In this document: piece by piece, positions 56,056 to 64,000 of the stretch
How the letters are laid out: each line of letters starts with the position of its first letter
Numbering within the stretch: the stretch's first letter is position 1
Notes under the pieces: model-generated
Database searches by the model: none
Seen by the model: the letters and a program-made list of their open reading frames with translations, nothing else
Told to the model about the DNA's origin: nothing
Origin: an uncultured Collinsella sp.
GTDB taxonomy: Bacteria > Actinomycetota > Coriobacteriia > Coriobacteriales > Coriobacteriaceae
NCBI GenBank assembly: GCA_902475375.1
Contig: CABRZC010000002.1
Location: 3,024 to 67,023 of the forward strand
Length of the DNA stretch: 64,000 nt
Direction: 5' to 3'
Program-made: the position numbers and the translations under genes

Positions 56056-56675
56056 TCCGCGTGTTAATCGTCGAAGACCAGGCTATCTTGCGCGAGAGTC
56101 TGGCGCGTTCCGTGGGCGACCAGCCCGACATGACCGTTGTCGCCGCGATCGCCGACGCCTCGGATGCCTTGGACGTTGTGCTCAAGGAGCGTCCGGACAT
56201 GATACTGATGGATGTGTGCACCGAGCACGATTCCAACGGCATCGTGGCGGCGGCGCGCATCAAAGAACAACTGCCCGAGTGTCGCGTCATTATCATGACG
56301 GGTATGCCCGAGATCACCTTTGTGGACCAGGCACGCGAGGCGGGCGTCGACAGCTTTGTGTACAAGAACGTCGGTATCGATGAACTGTTCGCCGTGATGC
56401 GTTCCACGCTGGCGGGTTACTGCACGTTTCCCAAGCCTCCCGAGAGCATCTTCTCGGGTACGGCGGCCCTCGACGATGTCGAGCTGTCGATTTTGCGCCT
56501 TGCCTGCGAGGGCAAGAGCCGCCGCGAGATTGCGGCCGAGCTGTTTATGAGCGAGGGCACCATCAAGCGTCGCATCTCGGAGATCCTGAGCAAGACCGGC
56601 TACGACAACATCATGCGTCTTGCCGTGCATGCGGTGACCGAAGGCAGCATCGTCCCCAATATGGAGCGCCCGTAG
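56052..56675 (+). CDS. LuxR/NarL-family response regulator
   Basis: MIRVLIVEDQ..., ILMDVCT, and a C-terminal LuxR HTH (LSILRLACEGKSRREIAAELFMSEGTIKRRI). The start overlaps the kinase stop (ATGA). Confidence 0.85.
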   Translation: MIRVLIVEDQAILRESLARSVGDQPDMTVVAAIADASDALDVVLKERPDMILMDVCTEHDSNGIVAAARIKEQLPECRVIIMTGMPEITFVDQAREAGVDSFVYKNVGIDELFAVMRSTLAGYCTFPKPPESIFSGTAALDDVELSILRLACEGKSRREIAAELFMSEGTIKRRISEILSKTGYDNIMRLAVHAVTEGSIVPNMERP

Positions 56676-56700
56676 TCGGTACGCCGCCCATGCTCCGGCG

Positions 56701-56761
56701 CCACACAAGCAGGCCGCCCGCCGTTTTGCATCAGAAAACGGCGGGCGATCTGCTTGTGTGG
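56701..56761 (+). terminator. long compound hairpin after the response regulator gene
   Basis: The outer stem is CCACACAAGCAG / CTGCTTGTGTGG. The inner stem is CGCCCGCCGTTTT / AAAACGGCGGGCG. Confidence 0.7.
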
Positions 56762-56785
56762 GCGGTGCTGTTGGCGCAAGACGGC

Positions 56786-56814
56786 GGGGCCGCAGGATTA
56801 GTTCCTGCGGCCCC
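56786..56814 (-). terminator. stem-loop downstream of the lipoprotein gene (minus strand)
   Basis: GGGGCCGCAGGA-TTAGT-TCCTGCGGCCCC forms a perfect 12-bp stem, 54 nt past the minus-strand stop codon. Confidence 0.55.
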
Positions 56815-56867
56815 GTCTGGAACGCGCGCGGGTTTGTCCGCCAATCCGCGGCTGTCGATGTCCGTCG

Positions 56868-57707
56868 CTACTCGATGGTTGCGCTGTAGGAAGCGACGTC
56901 CTCGTAGGAATCGGTCAGGTAGGCGTCGATACCGATGGTCGTGTTGACCAGGCTGTCGAAGCTGTCAAGCGTGCCCTTCGAGAAGGTGAACTCTTCGGTG
57001 GCGTTGGTGCCGGGCATCAGGTGGGCCGAGAACCAGGCTTCCTTCATGGTGCCGTTGACGTTTGTCTTGCCGGTGGGGGCGTAGAAGGTCAGGTCCTTGT
57101 CGCTCTTGTTGACGATGTTGACGACAAAGCCGATGTCGCCCCAGTCGTCCTGGAACTTCTCGGTGATGGTGATAGTGCACAGGTCATCATCGGCGACAGT
57201 GACGGCGGGGGAGATTTCGACGCTCTGGACATCGCCGTCTTCGACGGCCTCCTCGACTTCCTCTTCCTTCTCGGCGGCCTCGCGATCCTTCTTCACGGTA
57301 CCGGATAGGTCCTTATCGGACTTGCTAAAGATGAGCTTGTCCTCGCCGTCCTCAAGGACAAGCTTGCCGTCCTCAAGCTTCACGTCGGTCGTCTCCTTGT
57401 CGACGGTGATGCTCGCGGTGGTGGCGTCCTTGGCTTCCCACTTTAGGTCGGAGACTTCGGAGAACAAATCGAGGCTGCCGGTGCCGTCTTCGTCCAGGAC
57501 CAAGATGCAGCTGATGCCCCATTCCTCGAACATATCCATATACTCATCGGTCAGCTCTTCGCCCTCCGTGGTTCCACCCGAGAGCTTCCAGCTGCCGACA
57601 AAGTTGGCCTTGGGGTCTTTGCCGCCGCTGCAGCCCGTGAGGGCAAAGGCGAGCGCCAAGACGCATGTCAGAAATGCGAGTGCGGACTTTTTGAACGTTG
57701 TCTTCAT
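56868..57707 (-). CDS. lipoprotein
   Basis: The start at 57707 follows AAAGGAGGAC. The signal carries a lipobox (MKTTFKKSALAFLTCVLALAFALTGC). The mature part is acidic. The longer track ORF (to 57944) overlaps the upstream gene. Confidence 0.8.
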   Translation of the reverse strand: MKTTFKKSALAFLTCVLALAFALTGCSGGKDPKANFVGSWKLSGGTTEGEELTDEYMDMFEEWGISCILVLDEDGTGSLDLFSEVSDLKWEAKDATTASITVDKETTDVKLEDGKLVLEDGEDKLIFSKSDKDLSGTVKKDREAAEKEEEVEEAVEDGDVQSVEISPAVTVADDDLCTITITEKFQDDWGDIGFVVNIVNKSDKDLTFYAPTGKTNVNGTMKEAWFSAHLMPGTNATEEFTFSKGTLDSFDSLVNTTIGIDAYLTDSYEDVASYSATIE

Positions 57708-57787
57708 GGTGTCCTCCTTTATCGAACGAAACCCATAGAAGCAAATGCGGGGGTGGCGGATCCCCCGCCAATTACCAGATAGAGGGG

Positions 57788-59029
57788 CTAGGGCCTGGGC
57801 GTTCCGCAGTTGCTGCAGAACTTGCCGCCGTTTTCGCTGCCGCAGTTGGGGCAGAACCACTTGGCCGGTGCCGGGGCGGGTGCGGGACTGCCACACTCGG
57901 AGCAGAACTTGCCGGTGTTGGTGGCGCCGCAGCTGCAGGTCCATGTGCCGGCCGCGGGAGCAGCGGCAGGAGCCGGTGCGGGAGCGGGTGCCGGAGCCGG
58001 CTGCGGGGCGGCCTGCTGCTGTGCCTGGCCGGCGGCGAACAGCTGGCTGGCGTTCATGCCGCCCATGCCACCTGCCATGCCCATGCCCATAAAGCCTGCC
58101 ATCGCGCCGTTGGGATTGGCGGCTGCCGCGCGCATTGCGTCGCTCTGGGCGCTGGCAATGTTGGCTGCCGCCATGGTGGGATCGCGCATGACTGCGGCCT
58201 TCTGCAGGTCCTTGATCATCTGCTCGTCTTCTTGCGAGGCGGCGATGGAGTTGACGCCAAAGCTCACGATCTCGACGCCACGCAGGTCGCGCCAGTCGGC
58301 AGAGAGGACCTCGTTGAGCGCGCGGGCGAGCTCGGTGGTGTGGCCGGGGATGGCGCTGTAGCGGATGCCCATCTCCGAGATCTTGGCAAAGGCGGGCTGC
58401 AGGGCGGTGAGCAGCTCGGACTTAAGCTGGCTGTCGATCTTGTCGCGCGTATAGCTATCGGTCACGTTGCCGCACACATTGGTGTAGAACAGCAGCGGGT
58501 TGGTGATGCGGTACGAATACTCGCCGTTGCAGCGCACAGAGATGTCGACGTCCAGACCAATGTTGTTGTCGACCACGCGGAAGGGCACGGGCGAGGCGGT
58601 GCCGTACTTGTTGCCGATAATCTCCTTGGTGTTGATGAAGTAGACGCGCTGGTCCTTGCCCGCGTCGCCGCCAAAGGTAAAACGGCTGCCGATATTGGCG
58701 AAGGTCTCCTTGATGGAATCGCCCAGGTTGCCGCTAAAGACGCTTGGCTCGCTGCCGGTATCGAAGACGAACTCGCCGGGCTCCAGCGCGACTTCGATGA
58801 TCTTGCCGTTTTGCACCACGAGCATGCCCTGACCATCGTTAACGGCAATGACGGAGCCGTTTGAGATTACGTTGTCCTCGCCACGCGTGTTGGAGCTGCG
58901 GCCGCCGGTGCGCTTGCTGCCCTTGCAGGCCAAGACGTCAGCGGGCATCGATTCGCAGTAGATAAATTCCTTCCACTGGTCGGCCATGACGCCGCCGGCA
59001 GCACCCAATCCAGCTTTCAAGAGTCCCAT
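57788..59029 (-). CDS. SPFH/band-7-like protein with C-terminal double zinc ribbon (COG4260 / YdjI-like)
   Basis: The N-terminus (MGLLKAGLG...QWKEFIYC) and body resemble the 'virion core protein-like' SPFH family. An A/P-rich linker precedes CSCG...CSECG and CPNCG...CSNCG. Confidence 0.65.
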   Translation of the reverse strand: MGLLKAGLGAAGGVMADQWKEFIYCESMPADVLACKGSKRTGGRSSNTRGEDNVISNGSVIAVNDGQGMLVVQNGKIIEVALEPGEFVFDTGSEPSVFSGNLGDSIKETFANIGSRFTFGGDAGKDQRVYFINTKEIIGNKYGTASPVPFRVVDNNIGLDVDISVRCNGEYSYRITNPLLFYTNVCGNVTDSYTRDKIDSQLKSELLTALQPAFAKISEMGIRYSAIPGHTTELARALNEVLSADWRDLRGVEIVSFGVNSIAASQEDEQMIKDLQKAAVMRDPTMAAANIASAQSDAMRAAAANPNGAMAGFMGMGMAGGMGGMNASQLFAAGQAQQQAAPQPAPAPAPAPAPAAAPAAGTWTCSCGATNTGKFCSECGSPAPAPAPAKWFCPNCGSENGGKFCSNCGTPRP

Positions 59030-59077
59030 GGTGATCTTCCTTTCTCGTCAAAGGCCGGGTGGTATTGGTCGGATTGC

Positions 59078-60400
59078 TTAGTCGTCCTTGTCGTCTTTCA
59101 TGACAACGGTGGTCTCGGTGTGGCTGAAGGTGTCGTGCTTCTCGGTCAGGTCGAGCTCGCCGCAGTACTCGTCGGCGTGGGTGGCCTCGTTGGCCGTCTT
59201 GAGCTGGCCTACCAGTAGCACGTCTCCGATAATCACGATGATCAGCGGCGCGATGATGTTGATGAGGATGCCCTCGATATCAAAGGCGAGGTAATCCGGA
59301 TCGAAGGCGTTCTCGCCCATAAAGAGAATCTGGGAGAGGACAAATCCGATCACAAAGAACAGCACCGAGGCAATAGCGAGCTTGGGCTTGGAGCAGGGGA
59401 GCTCGCCGACCAAGCGGCCGGTCTGGCCGTTCATGGCAAACAGGTAGCTCTTGCCGTTCCACGAGGTGGAGAGCATCCAGACGGGGAACAGGGCGTAGTC
59501 GCTGTCTTCCCAGGTGTAGTCGAGCTGCTTGCTTTCGACCGTGGCATCGTCGTATTCGTCGACGACGGTCTCGCGCAGGGCCGAGACTGTGCTCTCCTCC
59601 ATGCGGCGCTCGGCGCGCGCCTTGCACGTCTCGCAATCCTCATCGTAACGGTTGGCGATGTAGCCGGGCATATATGCGACCGAGAACGGGCGCAGCGCGT
59701 CGTAGTCAAACGGCTCGATGGCATCCATGTGACCGTCGGGCATCTTGGACGATCCGTCGACGGGCACGCGCTTAAACGAGATATTGCCCTTGCGATAGGC
59801 ATCGTAGTGGTCGGTGGTCGTGACGGTGCGGTCGGATTCCTCGGTCACGGTCTCGTTGGTCGCGTCAAAGTACACTTCGCCGTCAACGCGGGCGCCGTAG
59901 AGCCAAAACGGCACGTAGACACCTTGGACCTCGTCGATGTGGTTGCCGGTGACAAAGTTCTTGGGCAGCAAGATCTTGCCCTTGTAGTGTTCCTTGAGTG
60001 CGGCCGTGACATCGTCGCGCCCGAGCTTAAACGGAATCACCAGGTCGGGCGAGAAGTCGCCAGAGAGCTGGCCGGGCGCCACGGCGGAGTTACCGCAGTA
60101 CGGGCAGGTGGTGACGGCGACGGTGCCGTCCGAGACCAGCTCGGCACCGCACGACGAGCAGATGTAGCCGGCGTTTTGGGCCAGCTCCTGCACGGCGTCG
60201 TCGGCAGCAGGTTTGGGAGCCGCGGCTGCGGCATCAGCTTTGGCATCTGCCTTGTCCTGGCGCTCGCGATAGAGGGCCTCGACTTCTTCGACTTCAAAAC
60301 GCGAATCGCAGTAGTCGCAGACGAGCTTTTGCTCGGCGCTGGCAAAGTGAAGGGGGCCGCCACACGCGGGGCACTGATAGTTGACGCTCTCGAAGGCCAT
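59078..60400 (-). CDS. zinc-ribbon protein with C-terminal membrane helices
   Basis: Two zinc ribbons are present: CPACG...CDYC and CSSCG...CPYCG. Two C-terminal TM helices follow (LAIASVLFFVIGFVLSQILF and IIAPLIIVIIGDVLLVG). Confidence 0.6.
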   Translation of the reverse strand: MAFESVNYQCPACGGPLHFASAEQKLVCDYCDSRFEVEEVEALYRERQDKADAKADAAAAAPKPAADDAVQELAQNAGYICSSCGAELVSDGTVAVTTCPYCGNSAVAPGQLSGDFSPDLVIPFKLGRDDVTAALKEHYKGKILLPKNFVTGNHIDEVQGVYVPFWLYGARVDGEVYFDATNETVTEESDRTVTTTDHYDAYRKGNISFKRVPVDGSSKMPDGHMDAIEPFDYDALRPFSVAYMPGYIANRYDEDCETCKARAERRMEESTVSALRETVVDEYDDATVESKQLDYTWEDSDYALFPVWMLSTSWNGKSYLFAMNGQTGRLVGELPCSKPKLAIASVLFFVIGFVLSQILFMGENAFDPDYLAFDIEGILINIIAPLIIVIIGDVLLVGQLKTANEATHADEYCGELDLTEKHDTFSHTETTVVMKDDKDD

Positions 60401-60424
60401 GATCGGTCCTTTCCGTGCCGGGGG

Positions 60425-61162
60425 CTATGCGCCGATTGCGCCGCCGCAGTATTCGCAGCGCCCACTGGCATCGGGAATGGTGGTGGCTCCGCAGAAGGGG
60501 CAGGTGACCGCGGTCTTGGGAGCCTTGGCGGCCACGACACTGTCGCGCGTTTCCTGACGCAGCTGTACCAGCGCGTCGCGGACCTCGGTTGCCTGGCGCT
60601 TGGCCTCGCGGTATTCGATGGAACCGCGCTGATCGATGGTGGAGTCGTTCACGCGCAGGTTGATCTCGGTAAAGTACGGCGTGTTGACGTGGATGGTCAG
60701 ATTAAAGTCGTAATCCAGGTCGTAGCGCGGCGGGTTGTAGCTCTCGCGCTCGCCATCTTTGGTCTCGCGATAGATCTCGGTGCGATGCTCGTCGATATCC
60801 ATATCGCAGCCGAGCACCTGTGAGAACTCGATGATGTCGGGATTGGCGTCGCGCCAGCGGCTCTGCGAGGTAATGATCAGCAGACCCGCGTCTTCGTCGA
60901 GCATGATGTTGGTGCGCCCAGCAGACAGCGTGCGCGTGGGGTTGAACGAGGCCAGGCGCTCGGCATTGGCCTCGCGGTAGGCGAGTTGCTCGCGGATATC
61001 GTCCGCGGTGCTGGAGCGATAGCCGTGGAAGTAGGGGGAGAGCTTACCGGCGCACTCTTTGCACAGGTAGCCTTCGCTAATCTTGGTCTTTCCCAAAAGT
61101 CCCAGCTCAGTACCGCAAATCGCGCACTCTTTCTTCTCGAACATCTTGTCAAAGAAGCCCAT
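60425..61162 (-). CDS. DUF4428-like zinc-ribbon protein
   Basis: The N-terminus MGFFDKMFEKKECAICGTELGLLGKTKISEGYLCKECAGKLSP matches my memory of DUF4428. A second ribbon lies at the C-terminus (CPFCG...CEYCG). Confidence 0.6.
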   Translation of the reverse strand: MGFFDKMFEKKECAICGTELGLLGKTKISEGYLCKECAGKLSPYFHGYRSSTADDIREQLAYREANAERLASFNPTRTLSAGRTNIMLDEDAGLLIITSQSRWRDANPDIIEFSQVLGCDMDIDEHRTEIYRETKDGERESYNPPRYDLDYDFNLTIHVNTPYFTEINLRVNDSTIDQRGSIEYREAKRQATEVRDALVQLRQETRDSVVAAKAPKTAVTCPFCGATTIPDASGRCEYCGGAIGA

Positions 61163-61289
61163 AGCTGCCTCCCATCAACTGGTAGCGTGTGTCACTTTTG
61201 ATGATGGGGGAGTGCGCGATCTTTCACGATACCCAGACGGCTCAAGGAGTCTCCACAACTGGGACACATGGCCCATTTTTGACCAGTCG

Positions 61290-61347
61290 CCGGGGACACT
61301 CTTCGGCCACTCACTGGGGACGTACGCTACTGGGGCAATTGGGGCGA
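61290..61347. repeat. GGGGAC-box repeat fragment
   Basis: CGGGGACACTCTTCGG...CTGGGGACGTACG...TGGGGC uses the same words as 28975-29017. It is intergenic. Confidence 0.5.
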
Positions 61348-61544
61348 CGAGCCGATGATGTCGTGATGCGGGATGGACTGGCACTTGCTGCCGACGATCT
61401 TGGTGGGGATTTTGCACCCGTATGTTCCGATTTCGCGCCCAACGCTCTATCGTCACATTTCCTCAATCAATAAGAAGACCGATACCGCCTCGCGTGTGGC
61501 CCTTATCAACTTCTTCTGGTTCTGGACACCAAATGACTAGCTAA

Positions 61545-61632
61545 TCCCCTAATAGGTTGCGGTGGAATAGTCCCTTAAATTAAAGTCATGGGGCTTTAAA
61601 CAGGAACTATTCCACCGCAACTGCTGAGGGGA
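61545..61632. repeat. 88-nt compound hairpin downstream of the mgtA-type gene
   Basis: GTTGCGGTGGAATAGT (61556-61571) is the perfect reverse complement of 61606-61621. An outer TCCCCT/AGGGGA pair sits at 61545-61550 and 61627-61632. An inner TTAAAG/CTTTAA stem is also present. Confidence 0.7.
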
Positions 61633-61722
61633 TAGACTGCGGCGGTGGCAGGGGCAACGGCAACGGCGTCGGCAGCTGCGGTAGCGGTAACGGCAGCTGG
61701 CAGGGTGTTTTCCACCTGCTTG

Positions 61723-64000
61723 CTACAGCAGCTCGCCGTGGCGGACGATGTAGCGGCGCTTTGCCAGCTGGGTGAGCGCGATATAGGCGGTAACGATGCC
61801 GATGAGCAGCGCGAAAAAGCTCGCGGGTAGCGTCATGAGGCCGAGTGCATCGGCGATGGGGCTTGCCGGCAGCCAGGTGACGAGCGCCAGGCCCAGCACG
61901 GTGAGAGCGCACAGCGCGGGCGCGGCGTGGTCACGCGGGCTCGGCAGGCGCGGGGAGCGCAGCATGTGGATCACGAGCGTCTGCGACCACATGGACTCGA
62001 CAAACCAGCCGCTCTGGAAGAGCGCCGCAAAGGCCGCCATGCCCGCGGCGTCGCTCGCTGCGGCAAGCTCGGACCAGCTCGCGCCTACGGCGGCGGGGCA
62101 CACCACAAAGTAGAGCGCGGCGAAGGTCACGATATCAAACAGCGAGCTCACGGGGCCCAGCTCGAGCATAAAGCCCTTGATGGACGCGGCGTCCCAGGCA
62201 CGCGGACGGGCGGTCCAGGCGTCATCGACGGTGTCCCACGGTAGCGCGATGCACACGATCTCGTAGACGATCGACAGCAGCACCAGCTGCAGGGCACTCA
62301 TGGGCAAAAACGGCAAGAACAGGCTCGCGACGGTCACGGACAGCACGTTGCCAAAGTTGGAGCTCACTGTGGTCTTGAGGTACTTGAGCAGGTTGCCGTA
62401 GGTGCGGCGGCCTTCGATGATGCCGCGCTCGAGCACGCCCAGGTCCTTCTGAAGCAAGATGATATCGGCGGATTCCTTGGCAATGTCGACGGCCGAATCG
62501 ACCGAGATGCCGCAATCGCTCGCACGCATGGCGGCGGCGTCGTTGATGCCGTCGCCCATAAAGCCCACGGTGTGGCCGAGCAGCTCGCGCATGACGCGCA
62601 CCAGGCGCGCCTTCTGCAGCGGCGAGAGCTTGGCGAAGAGGTGGGTTTTCTCGGCGCGCTCGGCAAGCTCGGCGTCGTCGAGCGCATCGATCTCGGAGCC
62701 GAGCAAGACGTTGCTCGCATCGATGCCGATCTGCGCGCAGACGGTGGCGGCGACGCGGTCGTTGTCGCCGGTCAGGACCTTGACCGCCACGCCTTTGGCC
62801 TCGAGCGTGGCGACGGCGCCCGCGGCACTTGCTTTGGGCGGATCGAGGAAGGCCAAAAAGCCCATCAGCACCATGTCGCATTCGTCGGCGATGCCAAACT
62901 CGCCCACGCAGCGCGGATCGGTCTTCTGTGCCACGGCAATCACGCGCAGGCCCTCGGCGTTAAGATCGGCGACCTGCTTGCGAATCTGGGCGAGCTTGTC
63001 TTCGGCGAGCGGCCGGGCGATGCCATCGACCTCGACAAAGGAGCAGATCTCGAGCATCTCCTCGGCAGCTCCCTTGGTAACCATCTGGGTTTTGCCTTGG
63101 GCGTCGGAGACAACTACGCTCAGGCGACGGCGCGAGAAATCGAAGGGAACCTCGTCGACCTTGGTGTAGCGGTCGCGCAGGCTCTGGCCCAGCATGGAAT
63201 CGGGTGCGACGGTCGAGGGTGTCACATCGGCACGGTCGATTACGGCCAGGTCGATAAGATTTTTGAGGCCGGTCTGGAAGAAGCTGTTCAAAAACGCATG
63301 GCGCAGCACGCGCGCGTCCTCGTTGCCATCGGTGTTGAGGTAGCGCTCGAGCACGATGCGGTCTTCGGTGAGGGTGCCGGTCTTGTCGCAGCACAGGACG
63401 TCCATGGCGCCCAGGTTTTGAATCGCCGGCAGCTCCTTGACGATAACCTGGCGACGGGCGAGGTCCTTGGCGCCCTGCGACAGGCTTGTGGTCACGATGA
63501 CGGGAAGCATCTGCGGCGTGATGCCCACGCCCACGCTCGTGGCGAACAGCAGCGCGTCGATGACGTTGCCCTTGGTGGCGGCGTTGATGGCAAAGACGGC
63601 CGGCGCCATAACGAGCATGAGGCGTACGAGCAACATGGAGACGCTCGAGACGCCGCGGTCAAACGCGCTCTTTTCGCTGCGCCCGTTGAGTATCTTGGCG
63701 ATGCCGCCCAGGTAGGTGTCCGAGCCGGTGGCAACGACAAGCGCCATGGCGGTGCCGTTTTGCACGGAGGTGCCGGTAAAGACGATGTTCTTGCAGGCAG
63801 AGAGTGGCAGCGCGGAGCCGTCGGCGCCCTCGACGACGGTGGCGGCAGCGGTCTTCTCGACTGCCTCGCTCTCGCCGGTGAGTGCGGACTCGATGACAAA
63901 CAGGTCGCGCGCGGTGATGACGCGGGCATCTGCTGGCACCATATCGCCGGCAGAGAGGCGGATCACATCGCCGGGGACGAGCTCGTCGAAGAGGATCTCG
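61723..64000 (-). CDS. mgtA: magnesium-translocating P-type ATPase (MgtA/MgtB type), N-terminus outside the window
   Basis: The frame is open to the window edge. Motifs present: CCDKTGTLTEDRIVLE, LTGDN, GFMGDGINDAAAMRASDCGISV, and KYLKTTVSSNFGNVLSV...FLPFLPM, the last being typical of the MgtA clade. Confidence 0.9.
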   Translation of the reverse strand, partial: EILFDELVPGDVIRLSAGDMVPADARVITARDLFVIESALTGESEAVEKTAAATVVEGADGSALPLSACKNIVFTGTSVQNGTAMALVVATGSDTYLGGIAKILNGRSEKSAFDRGVSSVSMLLVRLMLVMAPAVFAINAATKGNVIDALLFATSVGVGITPQMLPVIVTTSLSQGAKDLARRQVIVKELPAIQNLGAMDVLCCDKTGTLTEDRIVLERYLNTDGNEDARVLRHAFLNSFFQTGLKNLIDLAVIDRADVTPSTVAPDSMLGQSLRDRYTKVDEVPFDFSRRRLSVVVSDAQGKTQMVTKGAAEEMLEICSFVEVDGIARPLAEDKLAQIRKQVADLNAEGLRVIAVAQKTDPRCVGEFGIADECDMVLMGFLAFLDPPKASAAGAVATLEAKGVAVKVLTGDNDRVAATVCAQIGIDASNVLLGSEIDALDDAELAERAEKTHLFAKLSPLQKARLVRVMRELLGHTVGFMGDGINDAAAMRASDCGISVDSAVDIAKESADIILLQKDLGVLERGIIEGRRTYGNLLKYLKTTVSSNFGNVLSVTVASLFLPFLPMSALQLVLLSIVYEIVCIALPWDTVDDAWTARPRAWDAASIKGFMLELGPVSSLFDIVTFAALYFVVCPAAVGASWSELAAASDAAGMAAFAALFQSGWFVESMWSQTLVIHMLRSPRLPSPRDHAAPALCALTVLGLALVTWLPASPIADALGLMTLPASFFALLIGIVTAYIALTQLAKRRYIVRHGELL

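Noticed and set aside
61640-61722. GGC-rich tract with triplet periodicity (GGCAACGGCAACGGCGTCGGCAGC...) and track ORFs 61645-61830(+) and 61607-61912(-).
   Set aside because: It lies immediately 3' of the mgtA stop codon. The ORFs overlap the end of mgtA, are low complexity (Ala/Thr or Pro/Leu runs) and lack start signals. It is probably non-coding GC-rich spacer.

Overview
This is 64 kb of a high-GC, Gram-positive-type chromosome. From gene content and protein signatures my guess is Coriobacteriia, which is inference only. I can support about 45 protein-coding genes. I found no rRNA or tRNA genes, no CRISPR array and no intact mobile element. Gene order, left to right: (1) a 5'-truncated DUF4143 ATPase gene. 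(2) A four-gene surface locus at 957-14557: three small exported proteins with TasA/SipW-like signal anchors plus a 3570-aa GLUG-repeat giant protein. (3) A Schlafen/AlbA_2-type ATPase-wHTH gene bracketed by 70-bp direct repeats built from TGGAAAG heptamers. (4) An orphan IS3-OrfA-like HTH gene next to an AT-rich patch. (5) A compact Ech-type group 4 [NiFe]-hydrogenase operon at 17181-22864 whose NuoL-like and NuoH-like membrane subunits are fused. (6) A 660-bp non-coding cluster of three related hairpin elements. (7) A LuxR/HisKA_3 two-component system divergent from an ABC-2 exporter. (8) A MacB/FtsX-type ABC transporter flanked by direct copies of a GGGGAC-box repeat. (9) Assorted genes: DUF362 Fe-S protein, alpha/beta hydrolase, hemolysin III, CNNM/CorC, YtxH, PRC-barrel protein, NodB deacetylase. 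(10) An MgtE-N/CBS protein with a non-canonical membrane domain, coupled to an NRAMP-related (NRMT-like) transporter. (11) An OafA-type acyltransferase, then rbsK, a nucleoside hydrolase and luxS. (12) A DUF4867-like gene and a GH1 6-phospho-beta-glucosidase behind a hairpin-rich, RAT-like leader. (13) A three-part sensory module: 7TM pseudo-kinase, frameshifted HisKA_3 kinase, LuxR regulator. (14) A zinc-ribbon/SPFH/lipoprotein operon. (15) The 3' part of an MgtA-type P-type ATPase gene. The best follow-up candidates are the surface locus, the hairpin-element cluster at 22953-23603, the repeat-bracketed Schlafen-like gene, the MgtE-N/CBS plus NRMT pair, and the fused Ech hydrogenase. All family names come from motif recognition by eye; no database search was run. 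The many long ORFs antisense to these genes are treated as high-GC artefacts.
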